Assembly: GCA_045863395.1 (NCBI GenBank)
Contig: BTVJ01000003.1
Coordinates: forward strand, 195,172 to 259,171
Source: Myxococcales bacterium
GTDB lineage: Bacteria; Myxococcota_A; UBA9042; JABWCM01; BTVJ01
DNA: 64,000 nt
Direction: 5' to 3'
The position numbers were made by a program, and so were the translations under genes. Each line of letters begins with the position of its first letter. Within the stretch, counting starts at the first letter, position 1. Positions 9,601-17,982 of the stretch are shown piece by piece. The notes under the pieces were generated by a model. That model had not been told where the DNA came from and did not search any database. It was given only the letters and a program-made list of their open reading frames with translations.

Positions 9601-12600
9601 CTCAGATAGTCTGCTGCGAGCGGGTGTCGGTCGCGGACCTCCGGGTCATCGAGCTCTGGCACCGGCGGGCGGCTGTCCACGCGGATCCAGCCCTCCTGGC
9701 GTCCAAGCTGGAGCCAGGCGCGAAGGTCGCGGGCCGCGCGGTGCGCCTGAATGGCTAGCCTGTCGCGATCCCACCGGTCATCGATCAACCTCGCCGTCTC
9801 GGGGCCCACATGGACTGGAGTTGCGCGTACGAGCGCGTCCAGCGCGCCGGCGGCCTCGAATCGCCACAGGGGCGCGTAGCGGAGGACGACGGCGGGCGGG
9901 AGCAACCCCGAGGTGGGGCGCCCGTCGCCGAGCGCGCCTTGGATGATTTGCTCCGCCTGGTCGCGGGGCAAGACCCCCGCAGAGAAGAGGGCGCGGACCA
10001 GCGTCGCGGTGGAGAAGGCCCCGCTGGAGGGCTCGACTGTGTCATCGACGAGCACGGCTCCGAGCTGGATTGCCAGCGCCGTGTCCGAGTCGTCCGGACC
10101 CCGGTGAGCCGCGCCGGACGGCCGGTGCCAGTCGATTCCGGGTGCGTCGCAGGCTCTCGCGCGAATCTTCATCAGCGTGGCGTGCTCGGCGGCCGGTGGG
10201 ATCTCGATGGCCCGGACGGCCTGCTCGAAGACGTCCTCGAAGACCACGAGCCTCCAGCCTGGGCGCTGGTCTCGCAGCGCGTCGAGGAGCCCGAGATGGT
10301 GCAGCCACAGGATCTCCAGTGCTCCGACCAGGAGCTCCACCCCGGCGCTCGGGAGCGGATCGCTCTGCGGGTTGGGCAGCGGGGCAGGGTACGTGCCAGG
10401 CTCACTGCGCTCAGCGACGAGGTGCGCGAACAGCTCCGCCGGAGGCCGCCCCAACGCCGCACAGAGGAGCGAGAAGGGGACCGCTCCCTCGCGCCAGTTC
10501 TGCTCGGTGGCGGCGGCGGTGGCCGCACTCAGCCGAAGGAGGTCGAGCCCCACCTCCGCGGGTATCCGGGTGACGACGTCGCGCTGCGCGAGGGAGTCCA
10601 TGTCGGGTGGTGGGAGCTCGGCAGGCCAATCCAGCGCCGAGCAGACGCGAAAGTAGGCTCCATGCGCGGCTGGGTCCACCGTGGTCGCCAGCTTGTCGTG
10701 GAGCGCACGCCCCATGGCGATGAGCGTAGCCCTCCGGTCGACGCTCCCCGCCATCGCGAGCAGGATCCCGGTCGCGTCCCCGAGCTCCTTCGCGGTCAGC
10801 GCTGCCCAGCCTACGTGCCCGGCTCGCAGGATCGCCGCCTCGGCGTCACGCTCCTGCCCCCGCATCAGGTGCTCCCGGCCGAGCTGGATCCACGCCTGTG
10901 GCGAGTCCGTTGCGTCGGCGTAGCGGGTCCAGCAGGAGACTGCCTCTGCGGGGGCGACGCTGCTGGCCGCCAGGGCCCGTGCCTGGAGCACGTCAGGGCC
11001 TGTCTCATGCGCGAACGGAACGAGCAGCTCCCAGGCGCGCTGCAGGAGGCGGCGCGGCTCCTCTGTGCCGCTCGCCGCGCAGGCCATGGTCACGCCCGCC
11101 ACCCGACGGAACCGGGAGCACGGGAGAGCGGCGACGGCAGCCTCCATGTGTGGAACGGCAGCCTGGAGGTCGCCGGCGTGGGTCAGAACCTGAGCAGCGA
11201 CCCACTCGATGGGGCCACGGCCGGGCCACTGGCGCGCCAGCTCCTCTGCGAGCGGACGGGCCTCGTCGGGGTCTCGCTCCGCGACGCTCCCGACGGCCTC
11301 CAACCGACGCAGCCACGGATGCACGTCGAGCCTCGAGCCCAGCTCCGCGTCTGGTGCCGGCTCCTGCGGATACTCCGCCTGGAGGCGCCGGTGCAGCTCG
11401 GCGGTGCGCGGGTCCATCGTCAGCCATGCGTACCGCGTCTCCAGGCTGAGCCGCGCGCCTCTCAGCGGGCCTGGGAGCGTCTCGTCCGGGAGCTCGCGGA
11501 GAGACTCCTCGAAGCGGCGGACCACCTCCGGCCGCTCCGCCACGGGGATGGGCTCCTCCTGAGCGGGGAACTCCAGGACGGTCGCGGAGATGGCACGCAG
11601 CAGGCCGTCGAGCGCCGCCAGCCGCCACCGGGGCAGCGTCTCCTGATCGAGCGCACGCAGCATCAGTCGGGCGGCGGACCAGGCCCTGCCGCGGTCGACG
11701 AGGTGCCGTGCAGCAGGGAGCGTGACCATCAGCTCGTCTGCGAGCGGCTCGGGCATGCGCCCCTCGGCCAGTGCGAGGAGCTGGCGGGCGAGCGCAACGG
11801 CCCCGTCGCCCTGGGCGGGCAGCAGCGCCCTGGCGCTCTCCAGCTCCCGCACCTGGACCAGCCCCTGCGCCAGGACTCCTCTCCCCTTGTCGTCGAGCGG
11901 CTGAGGGTCCACGGCCAGGAGGACCTCTCGTGCCTCATCGACGCGCTGGAGACAGAGCAGGGAGGAGGCCACGTTGAGGCGCAACGCCTCGGCGTTCCTC
12001 CTGGTCTCGGCATCAGCCCTGGAGGGGAGGGCGTCGACCAGCTCGAGTGCGCGCCGATAGAGGGCAAGCGCTTCCTCGAACCGACCCTCGCCGAAGCGCT
12101 GGCGGGCGTCTCGCAGCTCGTGGGGCAGGTGCGTCACGACGACACGCGCGAGTCGCGTGCCAGAGCGCTGCGCCCGCCGGTCACGGGCCTTCGCGGCCAG
12201 CGCCTCGAGGAAGGGCGCGACCTGGTCGAGCGATGTGAGCCCGATCAGTCGCAAATGGCCGTCTGCCCTCGCCGTGACGAGCCGAGACGTCGGCTCGAGC
12301 CAGAACGGTCCAACTCGGTGGCCCTCGAAGTCAGCCAGGCATCGCGTGATCTCATCGACGAGGTGGGGGTCACCGTAGCCGTATCCGACCAGCAGGACCT
12401 GGCCCTGCGTGAGAAAAGCGCTCAACACCCGCCGCCAGGCCTCGGCATTGTGATACACGCCGCGGAAGTCCGCATGCGTCAGGACGAGGTCGTGGTGGCT
12501 CGCTGCGTCGCCGTGCAGCTTCAGCACGTGACCCACGTCAAACCGGGCGATGCGCTCCACCTCGCTGATGGTGCAGACCTCGGCGGGGCCGCCGCGCTCT

Positions 12601-13004
12601 CTGAGCGCCCGCTCGAGCAGGCCGTCGTAGTTCGTCGTGAGGAACGCGGCCCCCGGCAAGGCAGCCAGCGCCCGATGGGTGATGGTCGGCCGCAGCGTGG
12701 GGTCGGAGAAGCGAGCGGCGACCTGAGCCTTCGCCCAGCCCTCGGGGAGCAGGCTCGCCGCGGTGATCGGATTGCCGCACCTGGCTTCACGGCGCGCTTC
12801 TTCGGACGTAGCCGCGTCAAGCAGTCCCGCGGACTCCGCTTCGTCGGCGAGCTGCTCCACGAGCTCGCGCCACCCCGGAAGCCCGGGGGGCGCGTCGGAC
12901 TCGGAGTCCGCCCGGGAGGCCCCCGCCCCCACGACAACCAGCAGGCGGTCCGAGGCCGCGGCGTCGACGAGGTCCTCGGGGATGGGCGGAAGGTCTGGTG
13001 TCAC
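6678..13004 (-). CDS. 2108-aa SIR2-like (SIR2_2) NADase domain + TPR repeats + probable PIN-like region + long helical C-terminus
   Basis: VVVGAGAS, GLPGWREL, LTTNYD, LKLHGD, LVGYGYGD; TPR-like GRFEEALALYRRAL; PIN-like LLVGALEILWLHHLGLLDAL. GTG start preceded by AGGAG. Confidence 0.8.
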   Translation of the reverse strand: MTPDLPPIPEDLVDAAASDRLLVVVGAGASRADSESDAPPGLPGWRELVEQLADEAESAGLLDAATSEEARREARCGNPITAASLLPEGWAKAQVAARFSDPTLRPTITHRALAALPGAAFLTTNYDGLLERALRERGGPAEVCTISEVERIARFDVGHVLKLHGDAASHHDLVLTHADFRGVYHNAEAWRRVLSAFLTQGQVLLVGYGYGDPHLVDEITRCLADFEGHRVGPFWLEPTSRLVTARADGHLRLIGLTSLDQVAPFLEALAAKARDRRAQRSGTRLARVVVTHLPHELRDARQRFGEGRFEEALALYRRALELVDALPSRADAETRRNAEALRLNVASSLLCLQRVDEAREVLLAVDPQPLDDKGRGVLAQGLVQVRELESARALLPAQGDGAVALARQLLALAEGRMPEPLADELMVTLPAARHLVDRGRAWSAARLMLRALDQETLPRWRLAALDGLLRAISATVLEFPAQEEPIPVAERPEVVRRFEESLRELPDETLPGPLRGARLSLETRYAWLTMDPRTAELHRRLQAEYPQEPAPDAELGSRLDVHPWLRRLEAVGSVAERDPDEARPLAEELARQWPGRGPIEWVAAQVLTHAGDLQAAVPHMEAAVAALPCSRFRRVAGVTMACAASGTEEPRRLLQRAWELLVPFAHETGPDVLQARALAASSVAPAEAVSCWTRYADATDSPQAWIQLGREHLMRGQERDAEAAILRAGHVGWAALTAKELGDATGILLAMAGSVDRRATLIAMGRALHDKLATTVDPAAHGAYFRVCSALDWPAELPPPDMDSLAQRDVVTRIPAEVGLDLLRLSAATAAATEQNWREGAVPFSLLCAALGRPPAELFAHLVAERSEPGTYPAPLPNPQSDPLPSAGVELLVGALEILWLHHLGLLDALRDQRPGWRLVVFEDVFEQAVRAIEIPPAAEHATLMKIRARACDAPGIDWHRPSGAAHRGPDDSDTALAIQLGAVLVDDTVEPSSGAFSTATLVRALFSAGVLPRDQAEQIIQGALGDGRPTSGLLPPAVVLRYAPLWRFEAAGALDALVRATPVHVGPETARLIDDRWDRDRLAIQAHRAARDLRAWLQLGRQEGWIRVDSRPPVPELDDPEVRDRHPLAADYLRELLQRWRWCNGQRRILVAEAAASALHPVALLDAARALAPLPSLASTLHHERTSVRKREVHLPDLVDRLCPPAEAMPKREQLAEHGTIEALGSDLLKELARRYATLDQGRPARLLAAVPAAFRRAHLGQGPLVLFVAQTFAAALADTWLPDGADLQAAERLTRALLDTAEESGKSLLLARHSASDAPPSSVADPGALTQPLLVFLGLAALRTPLAAFTREGDAYASSMDAPAGRMWTAIGRWVQGAPSRREPAQRALSDLWVSMGPRLQDSGEGPPPELVSLEQATLALAADTGPHALTRGALATLVIASSQWEQQPLERVGLRVSGDGGTRFVSLLELVQRCVSLVEAQPRALVDADGDIQFTYEDAGGLTVAAEVPAEAVVLRLGASALGTWATWAAARFGPLDGRLHDAFLGAASDPADGARLEAAAVAAARAPWRHMRQDPSWLFSWQLGGVPFATLKDVDELRQILSEPGPLPDGPLVEILRDRLTTGAWSHRRDKWELLLMLARIPGPLANLSATLLDADERSAELLNEALGHMRDPDSVPTGWLSASLVVLRAAAAQKAVWDLPAGQVDLRSELPRLVEGVIGTLVPTTSPTGDAAATLPRRAQPGFARREPQILRLCQRVVESLAGADAPPRERMWLTWRLATWFITLLDAAPLEARQAFMQRLDEHGLDAWGAPHSSDVPDPARYAGGRQLRTMAVLHALRSSEELARSRDGAELHSVATRGVLAVLRELASREPTPDEREHRRGGRTDAVVDWSPAATVPDLAMLVLLRLDSDQWASLAPDVRLRWLKDAGRPKHLPDTPPDPVRPVVLVAAAQAIDEASDSELEALEVLHRTGAETLGDVAHFAVSVALHALGRIPVDPGVHRLLAARAQHPNWAAFAGRHLLATARSSPDQLAGEVDELDRLVAENGGDRIAVALALGSAAMEAPPAGRDEARVILAGLATRDPWQHDVRVRQLLAALEQIE

Positions 13005-13335
13005 CGATGTCTCCTGGCTCTCCCGTGTCGCGAGTACCCCGCAGACGCATCCAGAGTTCCCGAACGCGGCATGCGCGTCAACGCTAGCGCAGGACCAGCG
13101 CCCCGCCTCGCAGCCATCAGGGTTGAACCATGGCGCTGCTGCATCGTGATGGAAGATGTAGCCGCGCTCACCATCGAGCGTGGTTCCGCACCCTGGGGGG
13201 TCTTCTCGCTCCGGCAGCCCACGCCTCGGGGCTTGCTCTCCAAGGGCTGGTCCCCGCGTGGGCGACCGCGCTCACTTTGCCAGATGACACGCACCGGCAC
13301 CTGTGGTACGGTCCTGCATTCCCCGGAGGACAGCC

Positions 13336-14688
13336 ATGACGAGCACCCGCGCCCAGGCCGAGCGTCAAGCCGCCACGTCGCCCGTAGCCACTGATGTGAC
13401 CGCGCCAGAGGCCCCAAGCCGCGCCAACGGCTTGCTCGGGGGATTGGAGGGCTACGCGGCCCAAGCCGCCCGCCTCTCGCCCCAGGGGCAGGTGGGTGGC
13501 CAGCCTGTCGCCGCCCCGGACGCTGCCCACGGCGCCGCCACCACCACCCAGGTCGCCCCCTCGGTGACCACCGACGCCTCCCCCGTCGCCGAGCCTGCGT
13601 CAGCGGATGCGCCGGCCGGCCCGGAGGCGCTCAGCCCCATCCGCCAGGCGATCATCGAGCGCTGCAACGCGCTGGATGGCAAGGGCGTCGGCGACAAGGA
13701 GTTCGACGCCATCTGCACGGAGACGTGGTGGCGCGAGCGCCAGGAGCTGGAGAAGAACAACAAGAAGTACAACAAGGAGCAGCTCGCGACGGACGTCGCC
13801 AAGTGGGAGCGGGAGCGGTCGCAGCACGAGGGCGACAAGGAGTGGCTGAAGAAGCACCCCAAGCCCATGCGCAAGGACGACTCGCACTTCACGACGTGCA
13901 TCGCGGCGCAGAGCAAGGTGCTGGAGATGGCGCTCCAGGCGACGGGCACCGAGATCAAGGACTCGAAGGTCCTCTCGTACGGCACCATGGGCCGGCTGGA
14001 GGCGAAGAAGCGCGGCGCCTGGGTGGAGGCGAAGGTCGGGATGTCCGAGCGCCCGAAGCCCGGAGACATCCTGGTGCTGGAGATGCGCGGCGCCCCCGAC
14101 AAGGTGCAGGCCGACATCGACGGCGAGAGCTCGGCCTACTCGCTCTTCGCGACGAACGTCAAGAGCCTCGAGAAGCAGCTCGCGCAGCAGCGCGCGGCCG
14201 CCCAGAGCACGACCGCGGCCATCGCTGCCGCCGCCACCGCGAAGGTGCCGCAGATCGAGCAGAAGCTGGCCGCTCTCCGGGCAGCCCACGACGCAAAGAT
14301 CGCCGCGCTGCAGGTCAAGCTCGACGAGGCCCGGCTCACGACGGCCGCCACGGCGGGCACCGAGCGGGCGCTCAAGGGCGGCAACCGCGTGGGGGGCCTC
14401 GAGTTCTCCCACGTGGGCATCTTCACCGGCAGTCAACCGGAGCTCGACGCCAGCGGGCTGCCCACCGGCCGCGAGATCTGGTCCACCTTCGATGGGGGCG
14501 CGCACGTCCCCGGCAAGGTCGACGACCAGGGCGCCAAGAGCGGCAAGCGCATCTACGATCCGCGCACCAACGAGATCGTGGGCGCGAAGACCGGGCCCGG
14601 CGGTATCGCGACCCAGGACGGCAAGACCCGGTGGCTCGGGGGCTGGACGAACGTGGACTCCCTGGTGACTCCGGCTCAGCGCCGCTAG
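13336..14688 (+). CDS. Hypothetical protein with possible papain-like (NlpC/P60/CHAP-type) catalytic motifs and a coiled-coil insert
   Basis: ATG 13336 after GGAGGA; FTTC, RPKPGDILVL, FSHVGIF, WSTFDGG in that order; strong codon bias. Confidence 0.55.
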   Translation: MTSTRAQAERQAATSPVATDVTAPEAPSRANGLLGGLEGYAAQAARLSPQGQVGGQPVAAPDAAHGAATTTQVAPSVTTDASPVAEPASADAPAGPEALSPIRQAIIERCNALDGKGVGDKEFDAICTETWWRERQELEKNNKKYNKEQLATDVAKWERERSQHEGDKEWLKKHPKPMRKDDSHFTTCIAAQSKVLEMALQATGTEIKDSKVLSYGTMGRLEAKKRGAWVEAKVGMSERPKPGDILVLEMRGAPDKVQADIDGESSAYSLFATNVKSLEKQLAQQRAAAQSTTAAIAAAATAKVPQIEQKLAALRAAHDAKIAALQVKLDEARLTTAATAGTERALKGGNRVGGLEFSHVGIFTGSQPELDASGLPTGREIWSTFDGGAHVPGKVDDQGAKSGKRIYDPRTNEIVGAKTGPGGIATQDGKTRWLGGWTNVDSLVTPAQRR

Positions 14689-14862
14689 GCAGGAGTCTCC
14701 CCGTGTGACAGAGGCCCGGTGGCGGTCGTCGCTGCCCGCGGGTGGGGAGACTCCAGGCAAGGCTGGTCCGGCGAGAGCCGGAGACAGGGGGCCGAATCCG
14801 CTCCAACGGGTGGGGGGCGCGGATCCGCGGGTGTCAACCGAGCCTGCAGCCCCCCGGCGGGG

Positions 14863-16581
14863 TCAGAGCTTCCCCGTCTTGATGTCCGCCAGGAGCTCGT
14901 CCGCCGCCGCGATGCCCGAGAGCGCCGCGCCCTCCATGTAGCCCTGCCAACTGTAGAATGAGTCCGTGTGCTCGCCGGCGAACTTGAGGGGGCCGGCAGA
15001 CTGGCCCTCCAGGCCGGCGATGGTCGTGAAGTAGCCGGGCTGAGGGCAGGAGTAGGACCCGAGGCTGTAGCGCTGGGAGGTCCAGTGCCCGCGCACGGCG
15101 ACGTAGCGCCCGCCCACCGTGGAGGCGCGGGAGGTCACGCCGGGCCACACCTGCTCCAGGTCCGAGAGGAACGCCCCGACCTGCGCCTGGACGGGGTCCG
15201 ACGGAGCGTCCGTCGGAACGGCGTAGGGGCTGCCGGTGTGGCAGCTCCCGCAGCTCAGGGTCTGGGAGCTGCCGCCGGGCAGGGGGGCCAGGGTCTGGAG
15301 CGCCGCGCCCCGGTTGCCGCCGGAGTAGTCGGTGAGCACGGCCGTGGCCCCCGCGGTGGTCCAGCTCGTCTCCCACGTCGTCTGGACATTGGGCTGGTCG
15401 GTGTAGACGGAGCCGTTACAGCCCTGCTCCGCCCAGGGGCGCCCGTCGAAGCCGATCATGGTCTTGGCGTTGGTCCCGTAGGGGAGGTCCTTGATGGCGC
15501 GGAGCTTGTCAGCCGACAGGCCGAGGGAGGGGTCGAGTACAACGCCATTCGAGTTCGGTGCCCGCAGCACGGAGAACGGCACGGTCAGCACCACCGCGTC
15601 CGCGAGGACGGAGGGGGCGCCGTCCGGCGTGCCGAACCAGAGCTGGTACTTGCCATCGCTGCCGCGCGCCAGCTTGCGGAGCCGCGCGCCCATGACGATC
15701 TGGCCCGGCATGGACGCCGCCAGCCCCGCCGGGATCCGGTCGTTGCCCTCCACGACGTGGTACCGCTCGTCGCTGAACACGCCGAAGGGGGTGAACTTGG
15801 AGCGCCGGTCGAAGTGGATGAAGCACATCAGGTTGAGGGCGCTCTGCTCGTGGATCTCGCGGCCGTACTCGATGGTGTAGGCCACGTCGAGGACCTTGCG
15901 GATGATGGGCAGGTCCCCTGCCTTCTGGTCGAGCCAGGTCGCGAGATCCGTGAAGTCCAGGGCAGCCTCCTGGGCGTTGTGCTTGAAGAACGTGGGCTTG
16001 CCGAGCTTCTTGAGGTCCGGCCGCGCGCGCCCCACCAGCTCCCGCCACTCGGCGACCACCTCGGCCTCGGTGCGCTTGGCGCCGCCCACGTGGTAGAACA
16101 CGTCGCCCGGCGCCTTCGCTACGTCTTCCAGGGTCAGCCCCAGGCCCTTCGCGTACCCGATCAGCGTCTTGTGGCCCGTGTCGATGAGCTCGCCGCCGCG
16201 CTCCGCCACCTGGCCTGGGAAGGCGTCGGTCGAGGAGATGCGCCCGCCGATGCGCGACGGGTGCGCCTCGTAGATGGTGGCCAGGATGCCCTTCTGGCGC
16301 AGGCGGTCGGCGCAGGCGAGGCCGCCCATGCCGGCGCCGATGATCGCGATGCTCGGGGCCGACGGCTGCTTCTTGGCGGCGAGGGCCTCCAGCGGCCAGG
16401 CGGCGCTGAGGGCGGCGGCGCCGGCGACGCCACGCAGGAAGTCGCGGCGCCGCATGTTGGCGCGGTGCTCCAGCGTCTGCGCCGCCTCGACGGCGTCCTC
16501 GGTGCGGAGGTGGCGCGCGTCGGCAAAGCGTGCGATGCGGAGCGCGCGGCTCAGGTCGGTCAGCAGCGGGGTTCTCGCCAT
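14863..16581 (-). CDS. Flavin monoamine oxidase family protein with internal Tat-like motif
   Basis: RRRDFLRG; IIGAGMGGLACA (GxGxxG); RIGGR; ERGGELID; FAGEHT; GYMEGAALSG. ATG 16581 after GGAG. Confidence 0.9.
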   Translation of the reverse strand: MARTPLLTDLSRALRIARFADARHLRTEDAVEAAQTLEHRANMRRRDFLRGVAGAAALSAAWPLEALAAKKQPSAPSIAIIGAGMGGLACADRLRQKGILATIYEAHPSRIGGRISSTDAFPGQVAERGGELIDTGHKTLIGYAKGLGLTLEDVAKAPGDVFYHVGGAKRTEAEVVAEWRELVGRARPDLKKLGKPTFFKHNAQEAALDFTDLATWLDQKAGDLPIIRKVLDVAYTIEYGREIHEQSALNLMCFIHFDRRSKFTPFGVFSDERYHVVEGNDRIPAGLAASMPGQIVMGARLRKLARGSDGKYQLWFGTPDGAPSVLADAVVLTVPFSVLRAPNSNGVVLDPSLGLSADKLRAIKDLPYGTNAKTMIGFDGRPWAEQGCNGSVYTDQPNVQTTWETSWTTAGATAVLTDYSGGNRGAALQTLAPLPGGSSQTLSCGSCHTGSPYAVPTDAPSDPVQAQVGAFLSDLEQVWPGVTSRASTVGGRYVAVRGHWTSQRYSLGSYSCPQPGYFTTIAGLEGQSAGPLKFAGEHTDSFYSWQGYMEGAALSGIAAADELLADIKTGKL

Positions 16582-16711
16582 GGGGACTCTCCACCAGCTC
16601 AGGTTGGGGTACGCGGGTGGCGGTACTCTCGCACGGCGCCCTCCAACCGGGCAAGGCAATTATGGTGATCCTGGTCTGTAGATCTGGTGCTGCGGTTGGC
16701 ACCGGACCGCG

Positions 16712-16741
16712 TTGACGGCCCGGCGTCCTCGTCTCTATGCT
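16712..16741 (+). promoter_or_regulatory. Putative sigma70-type promoter of the radical SAM pair
   Basis: TTGACG-18 nt-TATGCT; implies the start is GTG 16782 rather than ATG 16737. Confidence 0.5.
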
Positions 16742-16781
16742 GCCCGGGACCGGCCGAGCCGGGTGGCACAGGGAGAGAGAC

Positions 16782-17930
16782 GTGGTCGAGCCGCAGAGGC
16801 GCTGGTCGGACGAGGTCGCGAGGCACCTGCTGGCGCCGCTGCTGCGCACGCCCGTCTCCCGGTCGGGGTGGCGCCTCGTGAGCTGGGACGCCGAGCAGGG
16901 CATCTGCGTGTCCCTGGCCAAGGGGGACACGGTGCTCCTGGTGGAGCTCGAGGACCGAGACGACGCCCGCCCTTGCTTCGACCACACGCGCCTGTTCAAC
17001 GCCACCGTCCGCCGCCAGTTCCAGGCCACGGTCCCGATCACGGACGAGGATCGGGCGGTCACCGACGCGCTGCTCGCCATGGTGCGGCGCCGCGAGGCGG
17101 ATCTGGAGCTGCCCGAGCGCTCGGTCTCCAGTCGCCGCACCCACGTGCGGACCATCGAGGTGGACCGGGTGCTCATGCCCGAGGGGCAGGGCCACTACTA
17201 CCTGAACCCCTACGTGGGCTGCATGATCGGCTGCTCCTTCTGCTACGTGATGGACCGCGCCGATCTGTCGCGGCGCCTGGAGGGGCTGCCGGCCGTCCCC
17301 TGGGGGAGCTGGGTGGACGTCAAGGTGAACGCCCCGGACGTACTGAGAGAGGAGCTGCGCCGTCTGCCGCCGGGGCTCGTCCGCATGAGCCCCATCGTCA
17401 CCGACCCGTACATGCCGCTGGAGCGCAAGTATCGCGTCACGCGCCAATGCCTGGAGCTGCTGCTGCCGGCGGGGTTCCGCCCCGTGCTCCTGACCCGGGC
17501 GGCGCGGGTGGTGGACGACCTGGACCTGCTCCGGGCGTGGCCCAACGTCGCCGTGGGGCTGTCCATCCCCACCGACGACGACCGCTGGCGCGCCCTGTTC
17601 GAGCCCGGCGGCGACCCCATCGAGGAGCGCTTCGAGGCGCTGGAGGCGCTCGCCGCGGCCGGCGTCAGCACCTTTGCGGTCGTCCAGCCCATGCTCCCCA
17701 TGGACCCCGAGCGCCTCGCCGCCCGCATCGGGCCCCTGGCCCGGGCGGTGCGCGTGGACCGCATGCACGACCTCTGGCGCGTCCGGCACCTGTATGAGCA
17801 GGGGGGCATCCCCTGGGCTGCTGAGGACGCGTTCTTCGTGGAGACCGAGGCCGCGCTGCGGGCGAGCTTCGCGAGGCAGGGGGTTCCCGTCGACGACCTG
17901 GACGATCTGGCGCCGCTGGTGGCCGGGTGA
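16782..17930 (+). CDS. Radical SAM protein, spore photoproduct lyase-like/Rv2578c-like, with N-terminal extension
   Basis: LNPYVGCMIGCSFCY, VTDPYMPLE, LFEPG...ERFEAL. Confidence 0.8.
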   Translation: MVEPQRRWSDEVARHLLAPLLRTPVSRSGWRLVSWDAEQGICVSLAKGDTVLLVELEDRDDARPCFDHTRLFNATVRRQFQATVPITDEDRAVTDALLAMVRRREADLELPERSVSSRRTHVRTIEVDRVLMPEGQGHYYLNPYVGCMIGCSFCYVMDRADLSRRLEGLPAVPWGSWVDVKVNAPDVLREELRRLPPGLVRMSPIVTDPYMPLERKYRVTRQCLELLLPAGFRPVLLTRAARVVDDLDLLRAWPNVAVGLSIPTDDDRWRALFEPGGDPIEERFEALEALAAAGVSTFAVVQPMLPMDPERLAARIGPLARAVRVDRMHDLWRVRHLYEQGGIPWAAEDAFFVETEAALRASFARQGVPVDDLDDLAPLVAG

Positions 17931-17982
17931 GTGGGACTGTCCGGCGGACGCGGGCAGGGGCGCTGGGGCTCGCGGTGCCCCC

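Noticed and set aside
9810..13394. Long plus-strand ORF of 1194 aa
   Set aside because: Antisense shadow of the SIR2 gene; no motifs; expected in high-GC DNA.
14755..14790. c-di-GMP-I riboswitch-like GGCAA...hairpin...GAC
   Set aside because: Lacks the following GCAAA element and lies between convergent 3' ends, not in a leader.
16662..16715. 17-aa ORF as a RiPP precursor for the radical SAM pair
   Set aside because: No SD, no leader/core features, and it lies upstream of the predicted promoter.
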